Positions 1-11,722 of a stretch of DNA of 64,000 nt are shown here, piece by piece (the stretch's first letter is position 1; each line of letters opens with the position of its first letter). Origin of the DNA: Iphione sp. A-MEVVRFRX5 (taxonomy: Eukaryota). Where the stretch lies: the NCBI GenBank assembly GCA_976226885.1, contig OZ320314.1, positions 40,486,001 to 40,550,000 of the forward strand, in the 5' to 3' direction. The position numbers and the translations under genes are program-made. The notes beneath the pieces were generated by a model. The model was given only the letters and a program-made list of their open reading frames with translations. It was not told the DNA's origin and did not search any database.

Positions 1-13
1 CGTAGGCGGCAAG

Positions 14-625
14 ATGATAGCAAGCAAGGGCAAGAAGAAAGAAAAGACGGGACAGAAGGCGATTCCACCACCAGAGCGACCTCGACCGAGCAACGAATCC
101 GGTTCAGCTTTCAACCGATGGCTGAGTGAGGTAGCGGACAGGACGGTGTACCCTTTTAGTGGAACGGCCAGGACGGCTCCTCAGAATCCGGTACCTCTGA
201 GGATCGACATCACATGGCCGCCAGTCAACTGGGACGTGCTCACACCTGAGCAAAAGTATTTGGTGTCTCTGTCGGCAGCGACGATGGAGGCAATGAAGGA
301 TGGAGTGCTGGTGCCGGGTGATCTGTTTGGTCCGTTGCGGGACCGGCCGTACCTGATATTGCCCGGTGCAAGAAAGCCCTCCAATCCTGAATTTTGGTGT
401 GACAGTTCTGAATTCCAGAGGCACAACATCACCGTCGACCAGATCTCCACCCTTCAAATCCAAGCTGCGTTTCAAGGGATGTCGCCCGCAAATATAGAAG
501 GTCAGCTGGTCCTTGCTCGAGATACCAGACGACGGCAAGACAACACGTTGCAGTCGAGGATCCGGGAGGAGAGGCACCCCGTCCTCGACACACACACGTG
601 GGGTACTTGGGCGCCCCGCGAGTAA
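14..625 (+). CDS. Unassigned ORF (at least 203 aa; frame also open from base 2, so may begin outside the window) in the 3' internal region of an LTR retrotransposon
   Basis: GC-rich open frame, Lys/Pro-rich N-terminus and a WPPVNWDVLTPEQK motif. It lies about 740 bp upstream of a polypurine tract plus LTR. No recognisable RT, RNase H or integrase motif. Confidence 0.5.
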   Translation: MIASKGKKKEKTGQKAIPPPERPRPSNESGSAFNRWLSEVADRTVYPFSGTARTAPQNPVPLRIDITWPPVNWDVLTPEQKYLVSLSAATMEAMKDGVLVPGDLFGPLRDRPYLILPGARKPSNPEFWCDSSEFQRHNITVDQISTLQIQAAFQGMSPANIEGQLVLARDTRRRQDNTLQSRIREERHPVLDTHTWGTWAPRE

Positions 626-1368
626 AATCCAGTTGAGAAGGATTAAAGTAGTGATAATTTCTAGTCCATCCATGCCTAATGCCGTCCTTGATTATTCGTG
701 AATGCCAAATGGTGTTTGTAATTCCTTTTCAGAGATCTTAATCCATAATTTATCGTCCCAAAAAGTATAGTCCAACAACGTGACAGTAGCGCAAGAACTG
801 AACCAGAAATGACTTTCCGCGCGAAAAAGAACTAAACCGGAAGCGCATGATGATTTTACTATGAATATTACTCGCATATTTTTAATAATACTGTTTATAA
901 ATGCCTTTTTCAAGGTAAAAGACGAACTGTGATGATACAAAAAGACATTATTTCGAATTTCAGTTTTACCAGACCGCTAAGTAACGAGTTCGTGAAAGGT
1001 CGATCCGTTTCCATATCTTTTATTTTCTTGACATGATCCGTGAAGATTGTATTGATGTATGTTGAGATGCCATGTGTTCAAAAGAAAAGAAAAATATATT
1101 TTAACTCCCTTAAGGAGAAAGAATAAAGTATATCGAATTTTATCTATAGAATCTTGTTTCACCTTTTCAGTAATCGAAGCAGAAAGAAAGATAAGATTAT
1201 AGATAATCCGTAAGGACTTCGAATAGTCCAGAGAAAAACTTTTAAGATGAGAAGTACATCTCATACCCAAAAAATCATTTATATAGAGAATAAGATAAAA
1301 AGTAATACTCATAATTTAAGATATTTCAGTAAAAAGCGAATAAGTTTCCCTCTTAAAGAAGGGGAGAA

Positions 1369-1803
1369 TGTAACGTAGGCATGTCATAAGAGCGTATAGT
1401 GCTAGAGAGAAGGTTGGTCCGTGAGAATAGTCCGTAACGAAATCCGCGATCCGGGATAGGGTGCGATCCGTGACGACTTCCGGACCAATAGAGGAATTGC
1501 GTAGTAAAGGTATCTCACGGATTGTGATGCTGCGTAGTAGGGGTACTTCGCGGACTGTTTATTTGCTGCGCATAAGCCGGTGTCTAGACATCCTATTTTT
1601 AGCAACTCTTATGTAACACTGTCATATATAAACCCATGTTTTCTGGAATAAACAGACCATTTCTCTTTGCACACACGAGAGAGAACAATCCATGCACAAC
1701 GATTTAGTGTATATTGGAGTGAAACTTGTATTCTACTTTTTCTTAAGATTATTTTTGCTCGATCCGTTGACTTCTCATTTCTCTCTACGCTAGTCACGTT
1801 ACA
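1369..1803 (+). repeat. Long terminal repeat (435 bp)
   Basis: 7-bp terminal inverted repeats TGTAACG...CGTTACA. Internal CCAAT (about 1485), TATATAAA (1625-1632) and AATAAA (1647-1652) occur in U3-R-U5 order. Confidence 0.8.
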
Positions 1804-2064
1804 TAATATTTAAACAACGGCTAAATCTAAATTGAGATATGTGCCTAGCTAATGTGTCATGTGAAGATACTGTTCAATTGATTGTGTTTTTACGTTATAG
1901 AGTTCTCTGTTGCTTCGGTTCTTGATAAAGATACCACTTGATTGCCTAGATATTCTTGAATGATATTATTGTTGCAGATGGCAATCCGATAGTTGTTTAC
2001 ATTAATACCTGTGATACACAGTAATTGGCAGTCATACTTGTAGAATCCAATATCTGCACTAACA

Positions 2065-5000
2065 TAACTCAGGGTTTATCAAAAGTGTAATACTATTGGT
2101 TACATCACACTTCTCCTTTTGTTAATATATGCACCATTTACAGACGCCTTGTGTTGGTATTTTCTTTTTTCACCATACGATGTGCTGGAAACAATTCCTT
2201 CAGTCATACATAAGAACACCGTTTACTCAATTATACGATTGGGACACTATGGGGGGTTTCAGAGTTCTCACGTATAATATTCGAAGTCTGGTAAAAAAGG
2301 TGGGGGATCTTAGGATTTTGCTAAGAGAAGAAAACATAGATGTGGGAGTGATATCAGAGACCTGGTTGAATGCCACACATGGGGATGGGGAAGTAGCAAT
2401 ACCTGGCTACACGTTTATCAGGCAGGACAAGGAAGGGGGGTTGGGGCTGTATGTGAAAAGTGACATCAATGTGATCTCTGTGGAAAACGGAGGCCACAAG
2501 GGCAGCATCTCTGAAGTCTTAAAGGTGAAGCTAAAAGCAGGACAAAGGCGACCGATCATGGTAGTTGCAGTCTATCGCCCTCCACATGACAAGGTTAAGG
2601 ATTCAGTAGTTGCCCTGCAAGACGCTATACACAAGGAGGCTAACAATGGCAGAAGTGATCTAGTGATAGCAGGAGACTTCAACTATGACTACCGGAGCTG
2701 TGAGAGAGGGGGCAGGACGATGACAGAACTGCTAAGCGGCAAGGGCTTGGTACAGGTAGTGGACTCTGCAACAATGGTGAACACAGCAAGATGCCTGGAC
2801 CACTGCTGGGTAAACTTTGTAGGAGTTGAGAAGGTGTATTATCCAGAATATTTTGTGAGTGATCACCTGCCTATTGTGGTGCATATTAAGAAAGGACATC
2901 GCAAGATCCACAGGACCACTTACAAAACCAGACGCTGGGATACAGTGGACGTGGCCGACCTGTACCAGAGACTGTTGGATGAGGGTCTACCGGACTCGAA
3001 GGAGCCAGGCGAAGCATGGGACATCTTCGCTGAGCGAGTGAAGATTATGCTGGAAGAAGTCTTTCCTGTGGTTACGAGATGCTCCGCAAAACGTGATGAC
3101 GGCTTGGAATTGGACCATGGAACACGAGAACTGATTAAGGACAGACGCTACTTTTTTAGGCGCTGGAAGAAGACTGGCGATGAGGATGCAAAGAGGATCT
3201 TTAAATATTTGAACAACGAGGTGCGTAAATCCATGTCTGCGATAAAGAAGGAGTACTGGCATGGAAGATTGAGGGCTGCAGGACGAGACTCTGCGAAGCT
3301 GTGGGAGGTTACAAATGAGATAATGGGCGGACAGAGGGGCGAGATGATCCTACCATCCCTGGAGACACTATCTGACGAGGGGGCAGCCGACGGGGACGGA
3401 GCCACCATGGCAACCCGTTTCAACAACTACTTCATAGATGAGGTGGAACGTCTGGCGAAGCCGGTGGCAACGGAACATTCGAGCTCGCGCCACATGGTCA
3501 AGTTCGACCTGGAACCTCCAACGCCAACGGAAATAGGTCCTCTGATAGCGAAGCAGGCATTAAAGAAGTTGTCGGGCGTGGAGGGGATACCAACTCGTGT
3601 CCTGAGACCCCTTCTGCTGGCATGCTTGGAATTCTTCACGACGCTTCTGTGCAACATAGTCCACTCTGGGAGGTATCCGGAAAGTTGGAAGGTCGCCCGG
3701 GTTACACCTATATACAAGAAGGGAGACCGGAATCTGCTTTCGAATTATCGACCGGTCTCGATACTGCCTTTACCGGGCAAGGTGTTTGAGGGCTGGTTCG
3801 TTAAGAGAATTATGCAGCGGCTTGAAGAACAGAACCAAGTAGGGCAAGACCCACACGGATTCAGACAGGGGAGAAGCACAGAGACAGCGGTCAGCTGCGT
3901 CATCAATCGGGCACAAGAGGCGCTAAATATGGGTCTATATTGCTGCCTCTTGACATTCGACCTCCGGAAGGCGTTCGATCTAGTGCCATCTGCTTGTGTA
4001 CTTACACGTTTGTCGAGAGCCGGTGCTAGTCTGAAGATTTTAAAATTGATCGCTGGGTACTTCACTAATCGCAGACAATTTGTCAGATGTGGAGGCCATG
4101 ATTCAGACCTAAGAGAAGTCCGTCATGGAGTGCCACAGGGGTCAATTTTTGGACCCAGCGCATTCTCGATCATCATAGACGACGTGACACACAGTCTACC
4201 CCCGTATGCCCATGCCACGCTTTATGCGGACGACCTCTCCGTAGTGGTGACTGCAGGAGACTTACTTCGGTTGCGCGGACATGCACAGCATGTCATCACC
4301 TGTGTAACAAATTGGTGCGAGGACAACAGTCTGATGCTGAGCGAAGGGAAGTGCAACTACATGGTGCTCGGCAAAGCTGCCTCTACGCAATTGGACCTGC
4401 ATATATATACCGCAGAACTGAAGATGGAAAGGAAGATCAGGCTACTGGGCTACGTGGTGGACGACAGACTGATTCAGCGGGAGATGTTAAAAGACATCAA
4501 ATCTAAGATGTGGGCTGCGGCAGTAAAGCTTGGCCGGGTAAAGGCACTGATACTGCTAACAATCCGGGTGCATCTCTTCAAGGCCCTCGTGCTGCCACAC
4601 CTGGACTATGGGGCGGCATTCCTCTATTGCCTACCGGAGACACGCAAGTCCAATTTGCAAATTCACGTAAACCGTTGCCTGCGAGTAGGCGTGCTGAGAG
4701 GGAGGCTACTAACAGCCAAACAACTGTGTGCAACGTTCAATATCGGACGGGTATCGGATAAGATCACGACAAGGGCACTCAAGGCGGTACACAGGCTAGT
4801 TCATCTTGGCATACTTCCGATAGCAGAGAGGTCGCGCACTAGGGGCGGCTCAGCTATGCGAATTAAAGTCCCTAAGCCCAAGAGCAAGAAGTTTGCCAAC
4901 AGCATACGGTATGGGGCGGCCGTCGCATGGAATCGCTTGCCGTCAGAAGCAAAAGAAAGAAAGAAGCTACAACCTCGGCTCGGACAAGGATGATCGAGAA

Positions 5001-5331
5001 ATCTACATCAGCTGACTAGGGATAGACAGAGAAGCCAAACTGCTGTACTGTACCTGCAAAGGGAAACCATTAGAGTGGCTGAGATGTACACTGACAGCGA
5101 GCGCCGTGGCCAGACGAGGCACTGCACGATTTGGGTTGAAACACATACAGATTTCCACGATTTGTAATGTCCTGTGTTGTCTTGTGTATATGAGTGTTGT
5201 GCAATGATTACCAGTGTAATTGTTCCATGTATGTTGTACATATGTCTATCTGTCATTCACATGATTGGTCAAGGAGAACTTTGTAATAGGACAAAGATTT
5301 GACTAATAAAAATCATTCATTCATTCATTCA
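2065..5331 (+). mobile_element. Young LINE insertion with (TTCA)n tail and probable 7-bp target-site duplication
   Basis: AATAAA at 5305-5310 is followed by a TCAT/TTCA microsatellite tail to 5331. ACTAACA occurs at 2058-2064 and again immediately after the tail at 5332-5338. The 5' boundary depends on this putative TSD. Confidence 0.7.
2249..4993 (+). CDS. LINE ORF2: AP endonuclease plus reverse transcriptase (L2/Crack/Daphne/Kiri-like group); about 914 aa from ATG 2249, frame open from 2129
   Basis: APE motifs YNIRSL, ISETWL, AVYRPP, GDFN, LDH and SDH. RT motifs NYRPVSIL, HGFRQGRST, FDLRKAFD, GVPQGSIFGP and YADD. C-terminal RTRG...VPKP...SIRYGAAVAWNRLP. No stops or frameshifts. Confidence 0.97.
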   Translation: MGGFRVLTYNIRSLVKKVGDLRILLREENIDVGVISETWLNATHGDGEVAIPGYTFIRQDKEGGLGLYVKSDINVISVENGGHKGSISEVLKVKLKAGQRRPIMVVAVYRPPHDKVKDSVVALQDAIHKEANNGRSDLVIAGDFNYDYRSCERGGRTMTELLSGKGLVQVVDSATMVNTARCLDHCWVNFVGVEKVYYPEYFVSDHLPIVVHIKKGHRKIHRTTYKTRRWDTVDVADLYQRLLDEGLPDSKEPGEAWDIFAERVKIMLEEVFPVVTRCSAKRDDGLELDHGTRELIKDRRYFFRRWKKTGDEDAKRIFKYLNNEVRKSMSAIKKEYWHGRLRAAGRDSAKLWEVTNEIMGGQRGEMILPSLETLSDEGAADGDGATMATRFNNYFIDEVERLAKPVATEHSSSRHMVKFDLEPPTPTEIGPLIAKQALKKLSGVEGIPTRVLRPLLLACLEFFTTLLCNIVHSGRYPESWKVARVTPIYKKGDRNLLSNYRPVSILPLPGKVFEGWFVKRIMQRLEEQNQVGQDPHGFRQGRSTETAVSCVINRAQEALNMGLYCCLLTFDLRKAFDLVPSACVLTRLSRAGASLKILKLIAGYFTNRRQFVRCGGHDSDLREVRHGVPQGSIFGPSAFSIIIDDVTHSLPPYAHATLYADDLSVVVTAGDLLRLRGHAQHVITCVTNWCEDNSLMLSEGKCNYMVLGKAASTQLDLHIYTAELKMERKIRLLGYVVDDRLIQREMLKDIKSKMWAAAVKLGRVKALILLTIRVHLFKALVLPHLDYGAAFLYCLPETRKSNLQIHVNRCLRVGVLRGRLLTAKQLCATFNIGRVSDKITTRALKAVHRLVHLGILPIAERSRTRGGSAMRIKVPKPKSKKFANSIRYGAAVAWNRLPSEAKERKKLQPRLGQG

Positions 5332-5702
5332 ACTAACAGATTACAGCTAGGATAACTAACAGGGTACTATGTGCCATCTTTGGAGGGCACATAGTGTCTG
5401 TGGATGCACAAAAATGGGCTGCCTGTCTTCCACTGTGAACAAGAAGAGACATCAAAATCCTGAACATCATGAGCAGAAGGCATGACATGGGGGAAACAAG
5501 TACAAATGAAGGAGGCAGAACCAGGCAGGAGAATAAACCTGTATTCTGACTGCACAGGCCACACTACGAGGCATACAAAAAGAGTATGGGCTATCAAGGG
5601 GGAAAGCTGTGGAACAACCTGCCAAAAGAACTAATCGACCTACCCCCAACGAAATTCAAAGCCAGCCTAAGGAACTTCATGATGAAGAAAGAATCATCCT
5701 GA
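5332..5702 (+). pseudogene. C-terminal fragment of an older LINE RT ORF (host of the intact LINE insertion)
   Basis: One frame with two internal stops reads NRLQLGITNRVLCAIF...CLPL*TRRDIKILNIM...GRTRQ...F*LHRPHYEAYKKSMGYQGGKLWNNLPKEL...FKASLRNFMM, which is the typical L2-group C-terminus. Confidence 0.8.
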
Positions 5703-6018
5703 CATCAACACTAGGGAATCTTTGACTGGATTTCTCATGCTCTGGGCTAATTGTCTGGGGGAGAAAGAACAAGTGCTACTGGTGACCAAAGAAAGCCTGG
5801 GCTTATGTCTGGCAAACTTCAGCCCTGAATAGTATTTTATAACATATTGACTATTCCAATATAAGGAAGTGTAAGATGTGTGGGCTATTGTCCAACTATA
5901 ACTCGATTCAGAATGATAAATGTAGAGTAAAACTGATGGTCAATCAGCGTCTGGTCTTCATGTCTGACCCCGGGTTGTCCAACCATATCAGAACATCCAA
6001 CAATAGATCTACAGAGAT

Positions 6019-6292
6019 GTATATACCGAATGCAGGCTGCAATGGCCGGCTGTCTTAATGGCCGATGGTCTTTATGGCCGTCCATAGTTGTTTATGGCCG
6101 GTATTTTTCTGTAAATATGGCTAACCCTAACCCCAACCCTAACCCCAACCCTCACCTGACCCTAACCCCAACCCTAACCCTAACCCTTACTCTAACCCCT
6201 AACCCTAACCCTAACCACTGCCAGCCATATTGACCAACCACCCTGGCCATATAAACCTGGCTACTGGCCATTCCGACTGGCACTGTATATAC
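6019..6292. mobile_element. Small fold-back non-autonomous element with a central telomere-like (CCCTAA)n tract
   Basis: GTATATAC at both ends (6019-6026, 6285-6292). Several ATGGCY motifs lie left of the repeat and inverted RGCCAT motifs lie right of it. ATATGGCT/AGCCATAT flank the repeat. Confidence 0.45.
6121..6216 (+). repeat. Interstitial degenerate (CCCTAA)n / (TTAGGG)n repeat
   Basis: About 16 units of CTAACC with CCAACC and other variants, read directly. Confidence 0.95.
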
Positions 6293-8528
6293 CAATACCA
6301 GTCAGCTGCCCACCGTGGTCGACTTGCTGACTACCGTCTCAGTCTCAGTCTCAGTACAACACAGAAAGGCAGGCAGAGATAGACAGCCAGAGCATCAGTC
6401 TTAGGAACATTTCACCAGGAATGTGCATATGTTCTAGTAAAAAGGTGAGAGGACAGCCTAGAAACCGTCCACTTCCCAAATGTTGATAGTTTGAATCTAA
6501 GGTGTCGTGTTTTTCTGTACACATGTATACCTTTTCAGCAGATAATTATCCATGCCTGCCTATCATATAATGTAAGTATACATGAACATAAACATGTATA
6601 TATATGCGTGTATAATGATATGTATGCTCATCATAACTGTGAGCCAGACGCATGAGGCATAGTCCTCTTCATTCCTGTAGGGGGCGTGGGGGTCTCCCTA
6701 CATGAGTGCGTACGGGGGATCACGCAGTGGAATAGATCCAGTCGGAATACTTACTCACCAGGGTGCGACCATTTGTGATCAGCAGCGATCTGACTTCATG
6801 ACCTGCTAGGCCATCTGCTGTGTCTGCTTTCTGTGCTCTGGACCGTCGATGCTTTAACTCCATCGCGAGGTAAGTTATGAAAAGATTGTTACTATGAGAA
6901 AGACTTTTAGGTAACTCAGAGATAGAGTGAAAAAGAGCGGGAGGTATTGGTGATAGGAGAGACGTCTGAGACAAACGTAGTACAGAGAGTGACAGTAATT
7001 TCACTAGAAATGCATTAGAAATGCTATTAGAAATGCTATGGTTCTTAATCCGTTCTGTGCAAAAGTGTTCTGATTCTACACACATCCTGAGTAGAGATTT
7101 ATCATGAAGGAGGCTTTTCATTGCACATGTAAGTTCTACGTACATAATTATAGACCAGCATGCAGTATTATGTCTTCTATTCATGAGATTACCTGTTAGG
7201 CAGAAAAATGAATCTCGATCATTCGAGCAGAAATTCAGCTTGCCGTCGTACGCATAAACATTTCTCGGTAAGTAAGAAGTCTCTCTAAGTTAGGTTCAAT
7301 ACCCACATATGCCATTAATCTCCAAACATAATGTTATAACCATAGAAAATGTGTATCCCGTTGACATTGCCTGTACATTTGTCTTATTTGAAGAAATTTA
7401 ATACTGTGTGATTTCTGGTGGAATCTCCTATGTATGCAGTATTGACAAACCATGGAGGGGGTTCCCATTCTGCTAGGAACAAACATATTGAAGTGGAAAA
7501 CAAATAAACCTTTTAGTCACGAGAGCTTGTTACCTATTTGGAAGAGATTAAGCTAGTTACACACTTCTATTAATCCTAGCTAAGACCCCTTTATTCAAAC
7601 GATCAGCACAGAAGTCCTTCATGAAAGGCTGGAGGTTGAAAAGAAACGCTCTCCAAACGAAACAGTGAGTTGAACGAATTATCGGATTTCTCAGACTATT
7701 AAAACGTTAATGGTAGCAATGACCCGCAGAGGGAGCGCAGGATAATCTGTTTTGGGTGGGCAATTGAATAGTGTTCAGACGAAAAGGAAAATTTCCATTC
7801 TCTAAGGTGTTTGAAAGTTGATTCCAAGTTAAGTACTCTAAGCGATTCCTATCAATTGGATGTACACCGGAGAGTTTCATACTATGGCCACAATGATACG
7901 TGTGTGTGATCGTATTTCAAAAGCATGATGGGTAGACCGCATTAAAGATCATCATGTGCATGGCACTTACATAACTGCAAGCTGTTCCAGGTACAATGCC
8001 TAAGCAGGGTCATGATGACTACTGTCAGAATAAGAAGAAGTGTGAACACTCTGCCAGGAACTATAATTATTTAAATATGCATGTCCATCTTTGTCAGCTG
8101 TTTGAAGTTTGAATCTTTTTAAAAACAGTTTCGTGAGAAGAGCTTACGATAGCTATGATTGTATAATATCAAACTTGAGGAGCGGACCTGTATACATATG
8201 CTTTATTGCAAATATCATTAAGCAATTACGAGGACAATATACTCACGCAGTCTGAGTAGAAAACGTACGATCAGTGTAGAAATAACAGATGAAATAAACA
8301 ATAAAAAAAGTTCTTTACAAAGAAAGGGACTGCGTTATGTTCTCAGTTAGTTTAAGTACTTTTAATAAATCCCACTGCACATTGTATTTCTTATGTATAT
8401 AAGTGTGTATATATATCTAGGACAGTGTTTCTGCTGTAAATATCCGAACACCATAACTGTTACTAGTGAAATGTACATTTTACAAATACGCAAAAACAGG
8501 CTGAAGGGAAATTCTGTATAGGTGCATG

Positions 8529-8603
8529 CCTACCTTGTTAAAGTTCTTTTGAAATCCCTACCTTGTTAAAGTTCTTTTGAAATCCCATTTCTTTTGAAAT
8601 CCC
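8529..8603. repeat. Short tandem duplication (about 29-bp unit x2 plus a partial copy)
   Basis: CCTACCTTGTTAAAGTTCTTTTGAAATC(C) occurs twice, followed by TTCTTTTGAAATCCC. Confidence 0.85.
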
Positions 8604-11600
8604 AAATGGGTGAACATGCCGCAATACCGTTAACAAGCTAAAACTTTAGGAGTAGCCGTATTCTGCAGGCCCTCCAGAGCACTGCGATTACGTCACGGTA
8701 TGCTGACGACGCCCTGCCCCTACTAACAAGAACTGTATGTGTACACGTACATGTATACCTTAACAAGAACAGAAGCACGGTCAAATACCACATTACGGGT
8801 AGACCTTGTTTCGTCTCTAAATTGTCCCTAATCGTGGTCATGTCTGCATTATGACGTTCAAATAAAATAGATTATACAAAAGGTGCTCTCTGGTAAACTG
8901 TCAAAACGAATTGAAGAGTGGGGAAGAACAGACAGGGTTCAGGGAATGAAGAAAACCCGATGCCAAAGAATTGCTGTCAATATAGGTTACAATTTGGCCG
9001 ACACGTGTATAATATACAGTAACCCCTCTGTATATGTATAGTTGGGTATGAGTACATAAACATACACATATAGGAAGAGGTCGAAAGATTTCCAGACAAA
9101 AACTGTTGATGATGTAATAAATATAGCAGATCTATTTGATCCAGCGGCATACGCGCTGAAAATAACAGTAACCCCACAGTATTCCGTCACATCATTATTC
9201 AAATATCCTCACGATCACGTCCGTATCACTTGGGCACGAAATAACGAAATCAATAATGAAACGCCATCACTATGCCAGGGCCTACGTTATTGCAGGTTTT
9301 ATCAGTCAAGGACACCAATAACAGATTTTACTGCATATGACAGGATTCATTTACAGTTATTATATTTATACCAGGGTGGACCATAAGACATGTCCATGCA
9401 CTAACTGAACATTGATTAAGAAAGACCCAAGATGGTTAACTTGATGGATCGTTTTCTCCTATTTCATCACCAGTTGAACTTCGAGCGTTCTTTTTTCGAT
9501 AGTACATGGCTTTAAGCAACATCTGCACAGTTACAACACACACTATTTAGACATGCACTCTTTGATACAGATTCCGGTTACAGCTTACTTCACATAACTC
9601 TTGACACTGGTCTGAATGCATGGATATACAGATCATTAAGTCATCAACGACTCTGTAAACTGGCAACGTTCTCAAGTTGTTGCTATGTAAATTGTTAGCA
9701 CTGTCTGATTACTAAAACAACAAATAAAATCGAGTACCAAAATTTAACCCAAACAGCCCCGGAAGTTCCAGTGTTCATCTTCTTTTTAACTGTGTTTTCG
9801 TATGTCCACACATCGGCACATTATGTACATAATTATTTCCCTTGGTCTACATGTAGACTTCTCAAATATTGGTCAGATCCTTTATGGTCTCTGGAGGCAT
9901 AAGGACTAAACACCTTTTCGCTTAAGACGATAATATACGACTATAATTTGTGCTTGTATAAAAAAATGATATATTTTGTTAAGAGGATGAAAGAATTATT
10001 AGCGGGTGCAGGGACAGCTTACTCATGAGAAATCGTATCCGTGTGAAGAAGTCGCTATCTGTATTGGCCAAAGTTCTTTTTTTCAAAATCAAGATACTGT
10101 TTAGATTTTCAAGGATATATTATGTATAAAAAGTTCTTCGCACTGGCCCCGTATTTTTTTTCAGTCTGTCACCTGAAACATATATTTTTAGGCCTCATGC
10201 TGACAGGTCTTGATCCAGGACTTAGTTTAGATAATAGAGGAGTCATACTTGTAAGAATGAATATTTGCATGTTGCCGCTTACTCCATCTAATCCGTTCCT
10301 GGGCCTGGCCAATAAGCAAAATGTAATATTTATTAGTTTGTGGCGAAACCTATTAACATATAAATTAGTAGTGTTTTGGCAGATTGATGCCGAGTCGGTA
10401 ACGGGTCCTACCTATCAAAGTAAACTATTTGTGCCTCCCCCGTTTAATATTTATTCTTCTTGATTAACCATCTTTGATACAGGGAGCACCGGGGAAAAGA
10501 ATGGCTTACATGCCGGAGGACGCATCTCAGCTAATATTAAGGTACGTTTAACAGTCAGAACTCCTGATTCAGTCTGCAGGGAAACTTTGAAAGACGATCC
10601 GAATGAAAATACTGTTATGACTGAAATCCTAAAGGTCAAGCTTTTCTGCAAGGACCGAGGGCAGCGAGCAAAATAAAAACTTTCTCTCAACTTTACAACA
10701 ATACATTTTCCCTTTGTTTGTGTTCAGTAATAATGTTCGTTTTACTCAGAAAAATCCTTCTGTATTTGGTTTTCTCTTTTAATTCTTCTAATATCCTACC
10801 TAAACTTGGTGAGAGCATGTCAATTATCGGTCGTGTTGAACATATGAACGATGCAAACAAACAGAACTTTAAACGGATACTTCACTAAAAGTGTCTTTGA
10901 AAGGTGCCGCCATCTCACGTTTTAAGGTTATATTTGTTCACTGTGCGTCGCATTCATACACCTCCACCGTGACACCAACATAACACACATACAACAACAA
11001 CAGCCAGCCTTCATTGTTAAATCAAACTGTGTGTTTGTGTATATGTGTGTGTAAAAGGAGAACGGGTGTGTGTTCGTGTGATCAACCCAGAAAGAAAGGT
11101 AACCTAACAGAATTCAATTATCTGTTTATTGTGTAACCAAACCATTGGAATTCTATTATACCCGGCTAGTTTTTAAGCCCTAAGATGAGAGATATTGAAT
11201 AATTATTTACATAAGTATCTGATGCTACCACTGTTTTGGTGTGTAACCTGAAATTCACCTTTAATTGCAGAAGTATATTTGCTAAGGATGACAGTAGGGG
11301 GCAAACTTTGCTGGCAATCAACAAACTCCTATCTTTTCTCTTTTAGAGAGCTGTCACTCTGTCCTGACCGAAAATTCCCCATTACCCTCTGTTGCCATGA
11401 TAATTTTAACTTCTACACATAGGATGTTTGTACATCCCATAGGAGAATCACATTCATATCACCACATTGTAAATATTACACATAATCGTCATCATCAGTG
11501 TTATATACTATACACATAACCATAACCAAGACAGATTGTACGTTAGATGTACCTTCTGGAAAGTTTACAAAGAATAGTGCATGTATTTTCTGACAAAGAG

Positions 11601-11722
11601 AGATGAATGAATGTTATCTTAACCGCCTTTAGCCTTGTGATTCCCTGCCGATAATTCTTATGATACAAGTACGTAAATCATACAGGGTGTTCCTTGTGAC
11701 TCAGCTGCAGAGAGCTGTTACC

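Larger units (their letters stand above)
1..1803 (+). mobile_element. 3' end of a Gypsy/Ty3-type LTR retrotransposon (internal region, PPT and 3' LTR)
   Basis: Polypurine tract AAAGAAGGGGAGAA (1355-1368) directly precedes TGTAACG at 1369, and the LTR closes with the inverse CGTTACA at 1797-1803. Gypsy assignment is inferred from the PPT/LTR style because pol is outside the window. Confidence 0.7.

Noticed and set aside
104-673. 189-aa minus-strand ORF overlapping the accessory ORF
   Set aside because: Probable antisense shadow of a GC-rich coding frame; no motif.
2859-4761. Several short ORFs on both strands inside the LINE
   Set aside because: Alternative-frame shadows of the RT ORF.
6720-7184. 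154-aa minus ORF (Ser/Leu-rich)
   Set aside because: No recognisable motif; only a vague likeness to LINE C-termini and no supporting splice context.
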